NCBI GenBank assembly: GCA_041611735.1
Contig: JBFIML010000010.1
Span: 1 to 64,000 of the forward strand
Source of the DNA: Myxococcota bacterium
GTDB lineage: Bacteria > Myxococcota_A > UBA9160 > PR03
DNA length: 64,000 nt
Direction of reading: 5' to 3'
A program made the position numbers and the translations under genes. How positions within the stretch are numbered: position 1 is the first letter of the stretch; each line of letters starts with the position of its first letter. This document shows positions 37,827 through 47,453 of this stretch, one piece after another. Under the pieces are notes generated by a model. The model did not search any database. It worked only from the letters and a program-made list of their open reading frames with translations, and was not told where the DNA came from.

Positions 37827-39071
37827 TTGCTGCGACGGCTCGCCGCGAGTCTCCTGTTGGCCTGCTGCGCGGCGGGGGCGACCGAGGTCCAGGCCGAGAC
37901 CCTCGTCTTCGAGCCCGGCGAGCGCGCCAGCTGGTCGCTGCGCAACGTGTTCGCCTTCCTGCGTCCCGGCCACTTCTACCGGGCGCGCAGGCTCCACGTG
38001 GAGACGACGCCCCCGGGCGCGACCCTCGACCTCTTCTACGTGCGGTCCGGCTTCCAGAAGCGCTACGAGCAGACCACCGCCCCCGTGGATCTCGTGCTGC
38101 CGCGTTGCATCGAGGCGAGCCCCCGAGATTCGGTCACCATCCGGGCGCTGGCGGACGGCTATCGGCAGACGACGATGCACGTCCGCGTGTGCGCGACGCC
38201 CCGCGAGATGGTCGTGCAGCTCGATCCGCTTCCGAACACGCTGCGGGCCGTGGCCCATACGTACTTCTCCGGACGCGCCTCCCTCGGCTTCCTGTTGGAC
38301 GAGTCGCCCACCGTGCGCCTCCAGGAGGCCGCCGGCGGCTTCAGCGTGATCCTGGCGGAGACGGCGGAGGCGGTGGAGCTGGAAGACGCCCTGCGCGCGA
38401 TCCACAGCCCCCTGGTCGGGCAGGTGGCGGCGCGTCAGCTCGGCGAGGATCTGCTGGTGGAGGTGGAGTGGGCCAACGGCGCCTCGCCGGACGCCGTGGA
38501 GCTGCGCTCGCGCCAGGACCACGACGCCGTGCGCAACCTGTATCGCTACAGCATCGATCTCGTCCCGGGCGATCGGGGCGCGCTCGCGGTGGAGCGGGCC
38601 CGGACGGCCCTGGCGCGCATCGGGCCCGAGGACGTGACCGGGTGTCCGGCGTTCTTCGATGCCGAGCTGCGGGCCGTCCTGGACCGCGCCGCCCTGGCCC
38701 GGGCCCTGCGCCCCCGGGGCGACTTCACGGATCCCTTCCTGCGCGCGGCCCTGCGCCGGCTCGGCGAGATCTCGCCGGGCGGCGTGATCCGACTCGCCGA
38801 CGGCGCCCGCTACCGGCCGAGTGAGCCCCTCGAGCTGGCCGCCGCCGCCAGCGAGGCGGCGCTGGCCGAGGGGTACCTCGCGCTGCTGCGTCGCTTCGTG
38901 GAGGAGCTCGAGCCGGCGCCCTACCGGGTGGAGACGCTGCGCAGCCTGGTGGCTCCGGAGCTCTCCCCCAGCGCCTTCTCGGCGGCAGTGTCCCGCGCCG
39001 AGCAGCGCGAGCTTCGCTGTCGAGGCAGTGCGCGCTCGGAGCGGCGCGACGCCGGTCGCTGGCTCGGCTAA
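37827..39071 (+). CDS. Hypothetical secreted protein (PEGA-like N-terminal segment)
   Basis: Signal peptide ending VQA, LHVETTPPGAT and ADGY segments, high-GC3 codons. Start approximate. Confidence 0.65.
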   Translation: MLRRLAASLLLACCAAGATEVQAETLVFEPGERASWSLRNVFAFLRPGHFYRARRLHVETTPPGATLDLFYVRSGFQKRYEQTTAPVDLVLPRCIEASPRDSVTIRALADGYRQTTMHVRVCATPREMVVQLDPLPNTLRAVAHTYFSGRASLGFLLDESPTVRLQEAAGGFSVILAETAEAVELEDALRAIHSPLVGQVAARQLGEDLLVEVEWANGASPDAVELRSRQDHDAVRNLYRYSIDLVPGDRGALAVERARTALARIGPEDVTGCPAFFDAELRAVLDRAALARALRPRGDFTDPFLRAALRRLGEISPGGVIRLADGARYRPSEPLELAAAASEAALAEGYLALLRRFVEELEPAPYRVETLRSLVAPELSPSAFSAAVSRAEQRELRCRGSARSERRDAGRWLG

Positions 39072-39116
39072 CCTGGTCTTTCCTCGACCCCTTCGCCGGT
39101 TCCGGCGGAGCCTTCC

Positions 39117-39863
39117 GTGAGCAACCAACGCGAGTCGCGGACCGCGGCACGCCTGCGGGCCGACGGCCCGCGCGAGCGCCTCGCCCGCCTCGGTCCGGAG
39201 GCGCTCTCCGACGCGGAGCTCGTGGCCCTGCTGTTGCGCACGGGAGGGGCCGGCCAGGACGTGCTGGAGGCTGCGGACGGCCTGCTCCGCCGCTGCGGGG
39301 GACTGCACGGCCTGGCCGCCGCCGGGCTGCGCGAGCTCGCGCACGGCCCGGACGTCGGGCCCGCCAAGGCCGCCTCGGTCGGGGCGGCCCTCGAGCTCGG
39401 CCGGCGTCTGGCAGCCCGCCGCTTGCAAGCCGGGGATCCCGTGCGAGGCCCCGCGGACGTCTTCCAGCATCTGCACGCGCGCCTGCGCCACGCGCCGAGC
39501 GAACGCTTCCTCGCCCTCCTGCTGGACGGGCGCCACCGGCTGCTGCGGGAGGCTCCCATCTCCCAGGGGACCCTCACGGCCAGCCTCGTCCACCCCCGGG
39601 AGGTCTTCCGACCCGCCCTGCGCGAGGGTGCCGCCGCCCTGGTCCTCGTCCACAACCACCCGAGCGGCGATCCCCGTCCGAGCCCCGAGGACCGGGAGGT
39701 CACCCGACGCCTGGTCCGGGCCGGGCGGCTGCTCGGTGTGCCCGTCCTGGATCACGTGGTGATCGCCGAACGGGGCTTTGCCAGCTTGCGTGAGGAGGGG
39801 GAGGTTTCCGACCCCGCGCCGCCTCCGGCAGGCCGTCAAGTCCCGCCCGCGTCCCGACGATGA
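39117..39863 (+). CDS. radC: RadC/UPF0758 JAB-domain protein
   Basis: PRERL, LSDAELVALLL, VHPREVF, HNHPSGD.PS.ED and LDHVV motifs. Confidence 0.93.
   Translation: MSNQRESRTAARLRADGPRERLARLGPEALSDAELVALLLRTGGAGQDVLEAADGLLRRCGGLHGLAAAGLRELAHGPDVGPAKAASVGAALELGRRLAARRLQAGDPVRGPADVFQHLHARLRHAPSERFLALLLDGRHRLLREAPISQGTLTASLVHPREVFRPALREGAAALVLVHNHPSGDPRPSPEDREVTRRLVRAGRLLGVPVLDHVVIAERGFASLREEGEVSDPAPPPAGRQVPPASRR
39836..39861 (+). promoter_or_regulatory. sigma28-like promoter candidate for the PilZ gene
   Basis: TCAAG-N15-GACGAT, 60 nt before ATG 39922. Confidence 0.45.
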
Positions 39864-39921
39864 GAGCGTCGTGGGCCGGGAGACGGGGTTCCGGCCCGGA
39901 GCCGTCGTCGGGGAGGGCCCC

Positions 39922-40323
39922 ATGGCCCGATCGGGTCGTCGAGCCGAAGCGAGCGCGCGCTTGGGGGCGAGGTCGGAGCGGCGTCAGTCGCCCCGCGCCC
40001 CGCTGGTGGTGCGCGTGGCCTATGCGACCGTGGACGCCTTCTTCACCGAGTTCGCCCAGAACGTGAACGAGGGCGGCCTGTTCATCGAGACCGAGACACC
40101 GCCGCCCCTGGATACGCGCGTGACCCTGCACTTCCAGCTGCCCGGCAGCGAAGAGCCGCTCTTCGCCGAGGGGCGCGTGGCCTGGTGCCGGGCGCCCGGG
40201 GGCGACGAGCCTCCGGGCATCGGCGTCGAGTTCGAAGGCCTGAGCCTCGCGGCCCGCGCTCGCATCAACGAACTCGTGCGGCGCCTGCGCACGCCCCAGG
40301 CGGACGTGGCGCGCAGCGCCTAG
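39922..40323 (+). CDS. PilZ-domain protein (TIGR02266-like)
   Basis: RRQSPR (RxxxR), NVNEGGLFI, GRVAW and GIGVEF motifs. Confidence 0.88.
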   Translation: MARSGRRAEASARLGARSERRQSPRAPLVVRVAYATVDAFFTEFAQNVNEGGLFIETETPPPLDTRVTLHFQLPGSEEPLFAEGRVAWCRAPGGDEPPGIGVEFEGLSLAARARINELVRRLRTPQADVARSA

Positions 40324-40336
40324 GCCCGGCTCGGGC

Positions 40337-40762
40337 TCAGAACGGGATGTCGTCCTCGGGCGGCGGCGTCGGCTCGTCGGACGCGCTGGCCTCGGGCCCC
40401 CGCGCCGGTCGCTCCGCGCCGCCTCCACCGCGCGGTCCACCCAGGAACTGGACGGTCTGGGCCGTGATCTCGGTGGTGCGCCGCTTCTGCCCCTCGCGGT
40501 CCTCCCACTCCCGCGTCTGCAGGCGCCCCTCCACGTAGACGGTGCGACCCTTCGAGAGGTACTGGGCGCACAGCTCCGCCGTCTTCCCCCAGGCGACGAT
40601 CCGGTGCCACTCGGTGCGTTCCTCGCGCTCGCCGTTGCGGTTCGTCCAGTTCTCGGTGGTCGCAAGGGTGAAGTTGACGACGGCCTGTCCGCTCTGCGTG
40701 TAGCGCAGCTCCGGGTCGCGGCCGAGGTTGCCGATCAGGATGACTCTGTTCACGCCTGCCAT
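40337..40762 (-). CDS. ssb: Single-stranded DNA-binding protein
   Basis: [27 protein letters not shown]-terminal DDIPF. Confidence 0.98.
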   Translation of the reverse strand: MAGVNRVILIGNLGRDPELRYTQSGQAVVNFTLATTENWTNRNGEREERTEWHRIVAWGKTAELCAQYLSKGRTVYVEGRLQTREWEDREGQKRRTTEITAQTVQFLGGPRGGGGAERPARGPEASASDEPTPPPEDDIPF

Positions 40763-40847
40763 GGGTTCTCCGTCGGAGGAAGCGGGGTGGATGGGGGCAT
40801 CATTCCCCTGCGCGAGGCCCGCGTCAAGCGTCCCGTGGGCCCTTGCG

Positions 40848-40877
40848 TTGACAGGCGTTCACGGGCGCCCCTACGCT
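40848..40877 (+). promoter_or_regulatory. sigma70-like promoter candidate for plsC
   Basis: TTGACA-N18-TACGCT. Confidence 0.45.
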
Positions 40878-40915
40878 CTACCGGGCCAGCGGGGGAGCCT
40901 CCGGGAGGGGCCGCC

Positions 40916-41674
40916 GTGATCTACGCCCTGCGCGCGGTGCTCTGCGTGCTCTACACGGTCTTCTGGGCCTCCGTGGCGCTCGGGGCCATGGTCGTCGACC
41001 GCAGTGGCGAGACGGTGATCTGGATCGGCCGCCGGTGGGTGCGCTGGATCCTCGCCACCTGCCGCGTCCGGATCGAGGTCGAAGGGCTCGAGAACGTCCC
41101 GGAGCGGGCGCCCGTCGTCTTCATGTCCAACCACCAGAGCCTCTTCGACATCGCCGCCCTGGTGCACACGATCCCGGTCTCCTTCCGCTTCGTGGCCAAG
41201 CGGGAGCTCGTGCGCATTCCCATCTTCGGCTGGGCCCTGGCGGTCTCCGGCCACGTGATCGTCGACCGCCACAACCGCGAGAAGGCCGTGCGCAGCCTGC
41301 ACCGGGCGGCGGAGCGTGTTCGCGGCGGCACGAACGTGATCATCTTCCCCGAGGGAACTCGTAGCGCCTCCGGTGAGCTCCAGCCGTTCAAGAGCGGAGG
41401 CTTCCACCTGGCCCTCGAGGCTCAGGTTCCGATCCTCCCGGTGACGGTCTCCGGCAGCCAGCGCATCACGCCGAAGCGCTCGCTGCGCATCGAGAGCGGC
41501 ACGATCAAGATCGTGTACGGGAAGCCCATTCCCACCCGGGGCCTGGGGGTCGACGACCGCAACGAGCTCAAGGAGCGCGTGCGGGAGGCGATCCTGGCGG
41601 GCTACGACTGGGGCTTCCAGCCACGCTTCGCGCCGCACCGCCAGGCCGCGGCGGCCGTCCACTCCTCCGCTTGA
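40916..41674 (+). CDS. plsC: 1-acyl-sn-glycerol-3-phosphate acyltransferase
   Basis: NHQSLFD, FVAKREL and FPEGTRS motifs; GTG with GGGAGGGG RBS. Confidence 0.9.
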   Translation: MIYALRAVLCVLYTVFWASVALGAMVVDRSGETVIWIGRRWVRWILATCRVRIEVEGLENVPERAPVVFMSNHQSLFDIAALVHTIPVSFRFVAKRELVRIPIFGWALAVSGHVIVDRHNREKAVRSLHRAAERVRGGTNVIIFPEGTRSASGELQPFKSGGFHLALEAQVPILPVTVSGSQRITPKRSLRIESGTIKIVYGKPIPTRGLGVDDRNELKERVREAILAGYDWGFQPRFAPHRQAAAAVHSSA

Positions 41675-41795
41675 CGCCAGGGGGCTCCCCTGTACCCTCG
41701 GCGTGCTCGTCCCGTGGGGGTGGGGGACGTGAAATTCCTTGGCCAGGCATTCCTTTGCGAGGCAGGGCCGTCGAGGGCGTCCGAGAGCGTCCGGC

Positions 41796-44213
41796 ATGGC
41801 TAGCCGCGCCGCACGCCGCGGCCGGGGGGCGGCGGCGTCGGAACGACGCTCCGCCCTGCTCCGTTGGCTCCGCGAGGCCGTCGGCCTCGCCCTGATCGCC
41901 CTGGCGCTGCTCGCCGGCCTGGCCCTCTGGAGCTACGCGCCGGGCGATGCGCTCTTCGAGCTCGTGCCGGTCCGCAACCGGGCCGGCGCCGTGGGGGCCA
42001 CCCTGGCCGGGGTCCTGCGCCAGGGCCTGGGTGTCGTCTCGCTGGTGCTGGCGGGCGTGGCCGCCGTGCTCGGGGGTCGTGTCCTGCTGTCGCGGTGCGC
42101 ACCGAGCCCGCGTTTCTGGCTGGGCGGTGCACTCCTGGTGGCCTGCGCGGCGACGCTCCTGGCTGTGGGTCACGTCCTGGCCCCGGCCCGCTTCGAGTCC
42201 GATCTCGGCGGGGCGCTCGGGGTCCGGCTGGCGGCCTGGCAGCGCCCCTGGCTGAGCAGCTGGGGCACGCTCGTCGTCAACGGCCTGGGTGCGGGCGTGG
42301 GGCTGCTCGCCGTGCTCGGCGTCTCGAGCCCGACTGCCTTGCGCGCCGCGGCGGCGGGAGCGGCCGGGCTCGCGGTCCTGGCCCGGCGCGCCCTCGCCGT
42401 CGGCTTCGTGGTCCTGGCGGCCGCGGCCCTGGCGGCGACCGGCCTGGCCCGGGCCCTGGGCCGGCTCGCCGCCGCCGGCGCCAGCGCCCTCGGCGAACGC
42501 TGGCGCGCCTTCGGAGTCTGGCGCGAGCGGCGGGCGCGGCGCGCGCGCGTGGCGGCGATCCGCGTCCCCGACGAGGCGCTGGAGCAGCCGGTGGAGGCGG
42601 TCCTGGAGCCGGCCCGCCCGCGCCCGCGCCGCCGCGACCGCGACGACCCTGCCATCGTGGACCACGCCGCCGAGCGCGAGCCGGGCCGCCCGGCCCGCCA
42701 GGAGGCCTTCGCCTTTCCGGACGGCCGGGCGCGGGGCCCCTACCGCCTGCCCGACGTCGCCATCTTCCAACGCTCGCCGGGCGGCGAGCGCCGCTACGAC
42801 CGCGACAGCCTGATCATGAACTCGCGGATCCTGGAGAAGAAGCTCCAGGACTTCGGCGTGCACGGCCGTGTGGTCACCGTCCACCCGGGACCGGTCATCA
42901 CCATGTACGAGTTCGAGCCGGCCTCCGGGGTCAAGGTGAACCGCATCGTGAACCTGGCGGACGACCTGGCGCTGGCGCTGCGGGCGCTCTCGGTGCGCAT
43001 CATCGCGCCGCTGCCGGGCAAGTCGGTGGTGGGAATCGAGGTCCCCAATGCGGAGCGCGAGGTGGTGGTGCTGCGCGACCTGCTGGAAGCGGAGTCGTTC
43101 CGGTCGAGCCGTTCCAAGCTCACCCTCGCGCTCGGCAAGGACATCTTCGGCAACCCGGTGGAGGCGGACCTGGCCCGCATGCCGCACCTGCTGGTGGCCG
43201 GGGCCACCGGGACCGGCAAGAGCGTGTTCCTGAACGCACTGCTCTGCTCGATCCTCGCCCGGGTCACGCCCGACCAGCTCAAGCTCCTCCTGATCGACCC
43301 CAAGCTCCTCGAGCTCTCGATCTACGAAGGGATCCCGCACCTGATCGCCGACGTGGTGACGAACCCGAAGCGGGCGGCGGCGGCGCTTGCGGGCATCGTC
43401 CACAAGATGGAGGAGCGCTACCAGATGATGGCGGCGCTCGGAGTCCGCAACATCGAGCAGTTCAACGCGCGCGTGGACGAGCAGCTCGCCGACGGTCGAA
43501 CGACGTTCCGCCTGCGACCCCGGCCCGGCGAGACCGAGGCGCGCGAGGCGCCGCTCACGCCCCTTGCCTACATCGTGGTGATCATCGACGAGCTGGCGGA
43601 CCTCATGGTGGTCTCCGCCCGCGACGTGGAGGAGGCGCTCCAGCGTCTCGCGCAGATGGCCCGCGCGGCGGGCATCCACCTGGTGCTGGCCACCCAGCGG
43701 CCGAGCGTGGACGTGCTGACCGGCGTGATCAAGGCGAACTTCCCGGCACGGATTTCCTTCCAGGTCTCGTCGCGCACCGACTCGCGCACGATCCTCGACC
43801 AGAATGGCGCCGAGCACCTGCTCGGCCAGGGGGACATGCTGTTCCTCCCGCCCGGGACCTCGAAGCTCCAGCGCATCCACGGGGCCTTCGTGTCCGAGAA
43901 GGAGGTGACCGAGCTCGTGGCCTTCCTGCGCGACCAGGGAGCGCCGCAGTTCGACGACACGCTCGTGCGCATGAAGGAGGAGAGCGAGGCGCGCGAGGCG
44001 CGGGGCGAGGACGTGGACGACCTCTACGATCGGGCCGTGGCGCTGGTGGCGGAGAGCCGCAACGCCTCGATCTCCCACGTCCAGCGCCGACTCAAGGTGG
44101 GCTACAACCGGGCTGCCCGGATGATCGAGCAGATGGAGGCGGACGGCATCGTGGGTCCCCAGGAGGGGACCCGCCCGCGGGACGTGTTCATCCGCCCCCT
44201 CGACGTCGAATGA
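41796..44213 (+). CDS. ftsK: DNA translocase FtsK
   Basis: N-terminal TM block, PGPVIT.YE, HLLVAGATGTGKS, IIDELADLM, ATQRPSVDV, gamma domain GYNRAAR. Confidence 0.96.
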   Translation: MASRAARRGRGAAASERRSALLRWLREAVGLALIALALLAGLALWSYAPGDALFELVPVRNRAGAVGATLAGVLRQGLGVVSLVLAGVAAVLGGRVLLSRCAPSPRFWLGGALLVACAATLLAVGHVLAPARFESDLGGALGVRLAAWQRPWLSSWGTLVVNGLGAGVGLLAVLGVSSPTALRAAAAGAAGLAVLARRALAVGFVVLAAAALAATGLARALGRLAAAGASALGERWRAFGVWRERRARRARVAAIRVPDEALEQPVEAVLEPARPRPRRRDRDDPAIVDHAAEREPGRPARQEAFAFPDGRARGPYRLPDVAIFQRSPGGERRYDRDSLIMNSRILEKKLQDFGVHGRVVTVHPGPVITMYEFEPASGVKVNRIVNLADDLALALRALSVRIIAPLPGKSVVGIEVPNAEREVVVLRDLLEAESFRSSRSKLTLALGKDIFGNPVEADLARMPHLLVAGATGTGKSVFLNALLCSILARVTPDQLKLLLIDPKLLELSIYEGIPHLIADVVTNPKRAAAALAGIVHKMEERYQMMAALGVRNIEQFNARVDEQLADGRTTFRLRPRPGETEAREAPLTPLAYIVVIIDELADLMVVSARDVEEALQRLAQMARAAGIHLVLATQRPSVDVLTGVIKANFPARISFQVSSRTDSRTILDQNGAEHLLGQGDMLFLPPGTSKLQRIHGAFVSEKEVTELVAFLRDQGAPQFDDTLVRMKEESEAREARGEDVDDLYDRAVALVAESRNASISHVQRRLKVGYNRAARMIEQMEADGIVGPQEGTRPRDVFIRPLDVE

Positions 44214-44938
44214 TCCCGTCCCGGGCGCGTCGAAGGGCCGTGCGCTCGATCCTGCCCCCGTGCCTGGCGATCGCCCTGCTCCTCGTGGCCGCCCCGACGC
44301 CGGCCAACGACTCCGACTCGTCGCCGTCCGGCTCCGGCTGCGCGGAAGCCGCCGCACGCCGGGTCCAGAGCCGTTACGAGGAGATCCGCGACCTCTCCGC
44401 CCGCTTCGAGCAGCGCACCCGCCCGGCTGCCTTCGGAGGCCAGGGCGCGCCCTTCGTGGCCCGGGGGCGCGTCACCCTCGCCAAGCCGGGCCGCATGCGG
44501 TGGGCCTACGAGGCGCCGGAGCCGAGCCTGGTGGTGAGCGACGGCAAGACGGTCTGGGTGTACGACCCCGCCGCCCGCGAGGCCCAGCACCTGCCCCTGG
44601 GCGAGCGTTTCCTCTCGGGCGCCGCGATCCAATTCCTGATCGGCCGCGGCAACCTGCTCGAGGAGTTCTCGGTGAGTTCGCCGGCCTGCGGCGAGTCCCC
44701 GCTGCGCCTCGTGCTGGTGCCGAAGCGGGATGCGCCCTACGAGCGGCTCGAGGTGCGCGTGGAGCCCCGCACCGGCGTGGTGGTCGAGACCGCCGTGGCG
44801 GACCTGCTCGGCAACGTGACCCACGTGGTCTTCGAGGACATGCGCACGAACCAGGACCCCGAGCCGGCCCTGTTCCGCTTCGAGCCGGAGCCGGGCGTCA
44901 AGGTGATCGAGCTGCCGCCGGCACCCGCCAGGCCCTAG
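44210..44938 (+). CDS. lolA: Outer membrane lipoprotein chaperone LolA
   Basis: Signal peptide; SARFEQ, KPGRMRW.Y and VSDGKTVWVYDP motifs; ATGA-coupled to ftsK. Confidence 0.9.
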   Translation: MIPSRARRRAVRSILPPCLAIALLLVAAPTPANDSDSSPSGSGCAEAAARRVQSRYEEIRDLSARFEQRTRPAAFGGQGAPFVARGRVTLAKPGRMRWAYEAPEPSLVVSDGKTVWVYDPAAREAQHLPLGERFLSGAAIQFLIGRGNLLEEFSVSSPACGESPLRLVLVPKRDAPYERLEVRVEPRTGVVVETAVADLLGNVTHVVFEDMRTNQDPEPALFRFEPEPGVKVIELPPAPARP

Positions 44939-45250
44939 GACCCCCCGAACGGAACCATGCAGCCGCGGGCCCTCCCGGGCCGGCGCGTCTCCGCATTCGG
45001 GAAGTCGACTTCCCTCCCGGGGCGGTCTCGCAAGGTTCCGCGCACGCCTCCCGCCTGCCGGTGGATCCCCGACGCTTTCGTCAAGAGGCTGGCTCCTGGC
45101 CCCCAGGCGTTGCCTCACGAGGCGGCAGCCAGGCGGCCCAGATGCGCGTCCCGGCGAAGCCAGCCGGCAGGCGCGCTGGCGGGGGGAGGGCGCCGCACCC
45201 CGCCGCCCCGCTCGCCGGGCGCCTCCGGGCGGCTGGGCCGGCCGTCTCGC

Positions 45251-45278
45251 TTGACAGCAAGACGCGTTCTGATAGACT
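45251..45278 (+). promoter_or_regulatory. sigma70-like promoter upstream of the proteasome operon
   Basis: TTGACA-N16-TAGACT with an extended -10 TGn. Confidence 0.55.
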
Positions 45279-45521
45279 CCACGAGGCTAAAAACGATTGC
45301 AATATCGAGGGTTTCGGCGGTTTCTTCGGCGCGGGTGAGAGCGGCCGGTGGGCCTCGGGAGGCGACCGGCCGGCGGCAGCTTCGGTCTTCGAAGCTCCGG
45401 TGGGGACGGTGATGCGGTCCGGCTCGGGCGTTCCCAACACTCGCGCGCAACGCGCGCGCAACTGCGGCGCGCAGCGGCTCGCCACCGGTTCGCTATCCGG
45501 CGATGATGCCTTTCCGGTGCA

Positions 45522-45537
45522 CGGCACGTGGATTGCA
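45522..45537 (+). promoter_or_regulatory. sigma54 (-24/-12) promoter candidate for arc
   Basis: CGGCAC-GTGGA-TTGCA with exact GG-N10-GC spacing, 62 nt before ATG 45600. Confidence 0.65.
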
Positions 45538-45599
45538 TCGATTCGTCCCCGAGTGGCGCCACGAGCGGGCGTGGCGCCGGAGCACGGGGAGAGGGCGCG

Positions 45600-47423
45600 A
45601 TGAGCGAATTCGATTCGGGCTCGGGCAGGAAGGGCTTCGTTCGGGACGTGATGCGGCGCATCTCGGCCTCGGGGCCCCGCTCAGGCGGAGAGCCGGACCC
45701 CGGGCGTGGCCCGGAGGAGACCCTGGAGGATCTCCTGGACGCGCTGCGGCTGTTCGGCGGGGATTCCAGCGAGTTCCGTCGTCGCTTGGACCGCGTGCTC
45801 GGCGAGTACGAGTCGCTGCGCCGCCGCTACCAGCTCTCCCGCGATCAGCTCGTCGATGCGGAGCGGCAGAACGAGCGGCTGGTCCACACCCTCCAGGAGG
45901 CCAAGCAGCAGATCGAGCTCCTGAAGGAGGAGGTGGAGAAGCTCTGCGCGCCTCCCAACAGCTACGGCGTCTTCACGCGCGCCAACAAGGACGGCACCGT
46001 GGAGATCGTCGTGGACGGCAAGCCCATGCGGGTGAGCGCCCATCCGAAGGTCGATCCCTTCCAGATCGAGGAAGGTCAGCTCGTCGTGCTGAACGAGGCG
46101 TTCAACGTGATCGAGCCGGCCGGCATCGTGACCCGGGGAGAGATCGCGTCGGTGGTCGACCTCCTCGGCGACGGGCGGGCCATCGTGCTCGGCCACGCCG
46201 ACGAGGAGCGCGTCGTCACCCTGGCGTCCATCCTGCGCCAGGAGAAGCTCAAGGTCGGTGACCACATCATGATCGATCCGCGCACCCAGTACGCCTTCGA
46301 GAGGATGCCCAAGTCGGCGGTCGAGGAGGTCGTGCTCGAGGAGATCCCGGAGATCACCTACGATCGCATCGGCGGCCTGGACGAGCAGATCGAGATCCTT
46401 CGCGACGCGATCGAGCTGCCCTACCTGTATCCCGAGGCGTTCGCGGAGCACCGTCTCTCGCCGCCCAAGGGCATCCTGCTGTACGGCCCCCCGGGCTGCG
46501 GCAAGACGCTCATCGCCAAGGCGGTGGCGAACAGCCTGGCGCGGAGCATCGAGCAGCGCACGGGTCGGCGCACCGCTGCGTACTTCCTCAACGTGAAGGG
46601 GCCGGAGCTGCTCAACAAGTACGTGGGCGAGACCGAGCACAAGATCCGCGAGGTGTTCAAGAAGGCGCGCGAGAAGGCCAGCGAGGACGTGCCCGTCGTC
46701 ATCTTCTTCGACGAAATGGATTCGCTCTTCCGCATGCGCGGATCGGGCATCTCCTCGGACATGGAGGCCACGGTGGTGGCTCAGTTCCTGTCGGAGATCG
46801 ACGGGGTGGAGTCGCTGAACAACGTGATCGTGATCGGCGCCAGCAACCGGCAGGACCTGATCGACCCGGCGGTACTGCGCCCCGGACGCCTCGATCTCAA
46901 GGTCAAGGTGCACCGGCCCGACTCCCCGGCGGCGCGCGCCATCTTCGGGAAGTACCTGCTCACCGATCTTCCCTTCCACCCGAACGCGCAGGAGCGCTAC
47001 GGGAGCGATCCGCAGAAGATGGTGGACGGGATGATCGACGACACGATCGAGCACATGTACTCGACGTCGGAAGACAACAAGTTCCTGGAGGTGACGTACG
47101 CCAAGGGCGAGCGCGAGATCTTCTACTTCAAGGACTTCGCGAGCGGCGCGATGATCGAGAACATCGTGGCGCGCGCCAAGAAGAAGGCCGTGAAGCGCCT
47201 GATCGACCACGGGGAACGCGGCGTCAAGCTCTCCGATCTCCTCGAGGCCGTGCGCGAGGAGTTCAAGGAGAACGAGGACCTTCCGAACACCACGAATCCG
47301 GACGACTGGGCGCGCATCTCCGGCCGCAAGGGCGAGCGGATCATCAACGTCCGGACGTTGATGACGGGGATCAATCGGAACGAGCGCTCGATCGAGAACA
47401 TCAGCTCGGGTCAGTACCTGTAG
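45600..47423 (+). CDS. arc: Proteasome-associated AAA ATPase ARC/Mpa
   Basis: N-terminal coiled coil ending PP.SYG, OB domains, GPPGCGKT, KGPELLNKYVGETE, FFDEMD, PNTTNPDDWARISG; C-terminal GQYL docking motif. Confidence 0.97.
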   Translation: MSEFDSGSGRKGFVRDVMRRISASGPRSGGEPDPGRGPEETLEDLLDALRLFGGDSSEFRRRLDRVLGEYESLRRRYQLSRDQLVDAERQNERLVHTLQEAKQQIELLKEEVEKLCAPPNSYGVFTRANKDGTVEIVVDGKPMRVSAHPKVDPFQIEEGQLVVLNEAFNVIEPAGIVTRGEIASVVDLLGDGRAIVLGHADEERVVTLASILRQEKLKVGDHIMIDPRTQYAFERMPKSAVEEVVLEEIPEITYDRIGGLDEQIEILRDAIELPYLYPEAFAEHRLSPPKGILLYGPPGCGKTLIAKAVANSLARSIEQRTGRRTAAYFLNVKGPELLNKYVGETEHKIREVFKKAREKASEDVPVVIFFDEMDSLFRMRGSGISSDMEATVVAQFLSEIDGVESLNNVIVIGASNRQDLIDPAVLRPGRLDLKVKVHRPDSPAARAIFGKYLLTDLPFHPNAQERYGSDPQKMVDGMIDDTIEHMYSTSEDNKFLEVTYAKGEREIFYFKDFASGAMIENIVARAKKKAVKRLIDHGERGVKLSDLLEAVREEFKENEDLPNTTNPDDWARISGRKGERIINVRTLMTGINRNERSIENISSGQYL

Positions 47424-47453
47424 CGGTTCTTCCCGGCTAACCGCGGAGAAGCG

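Noticed and set aside
39117-39863. radC as a marker of a mobile element
   Set aside because: It is the full-length chromosomal form among housekeeping genes with no mobility functions nearby.
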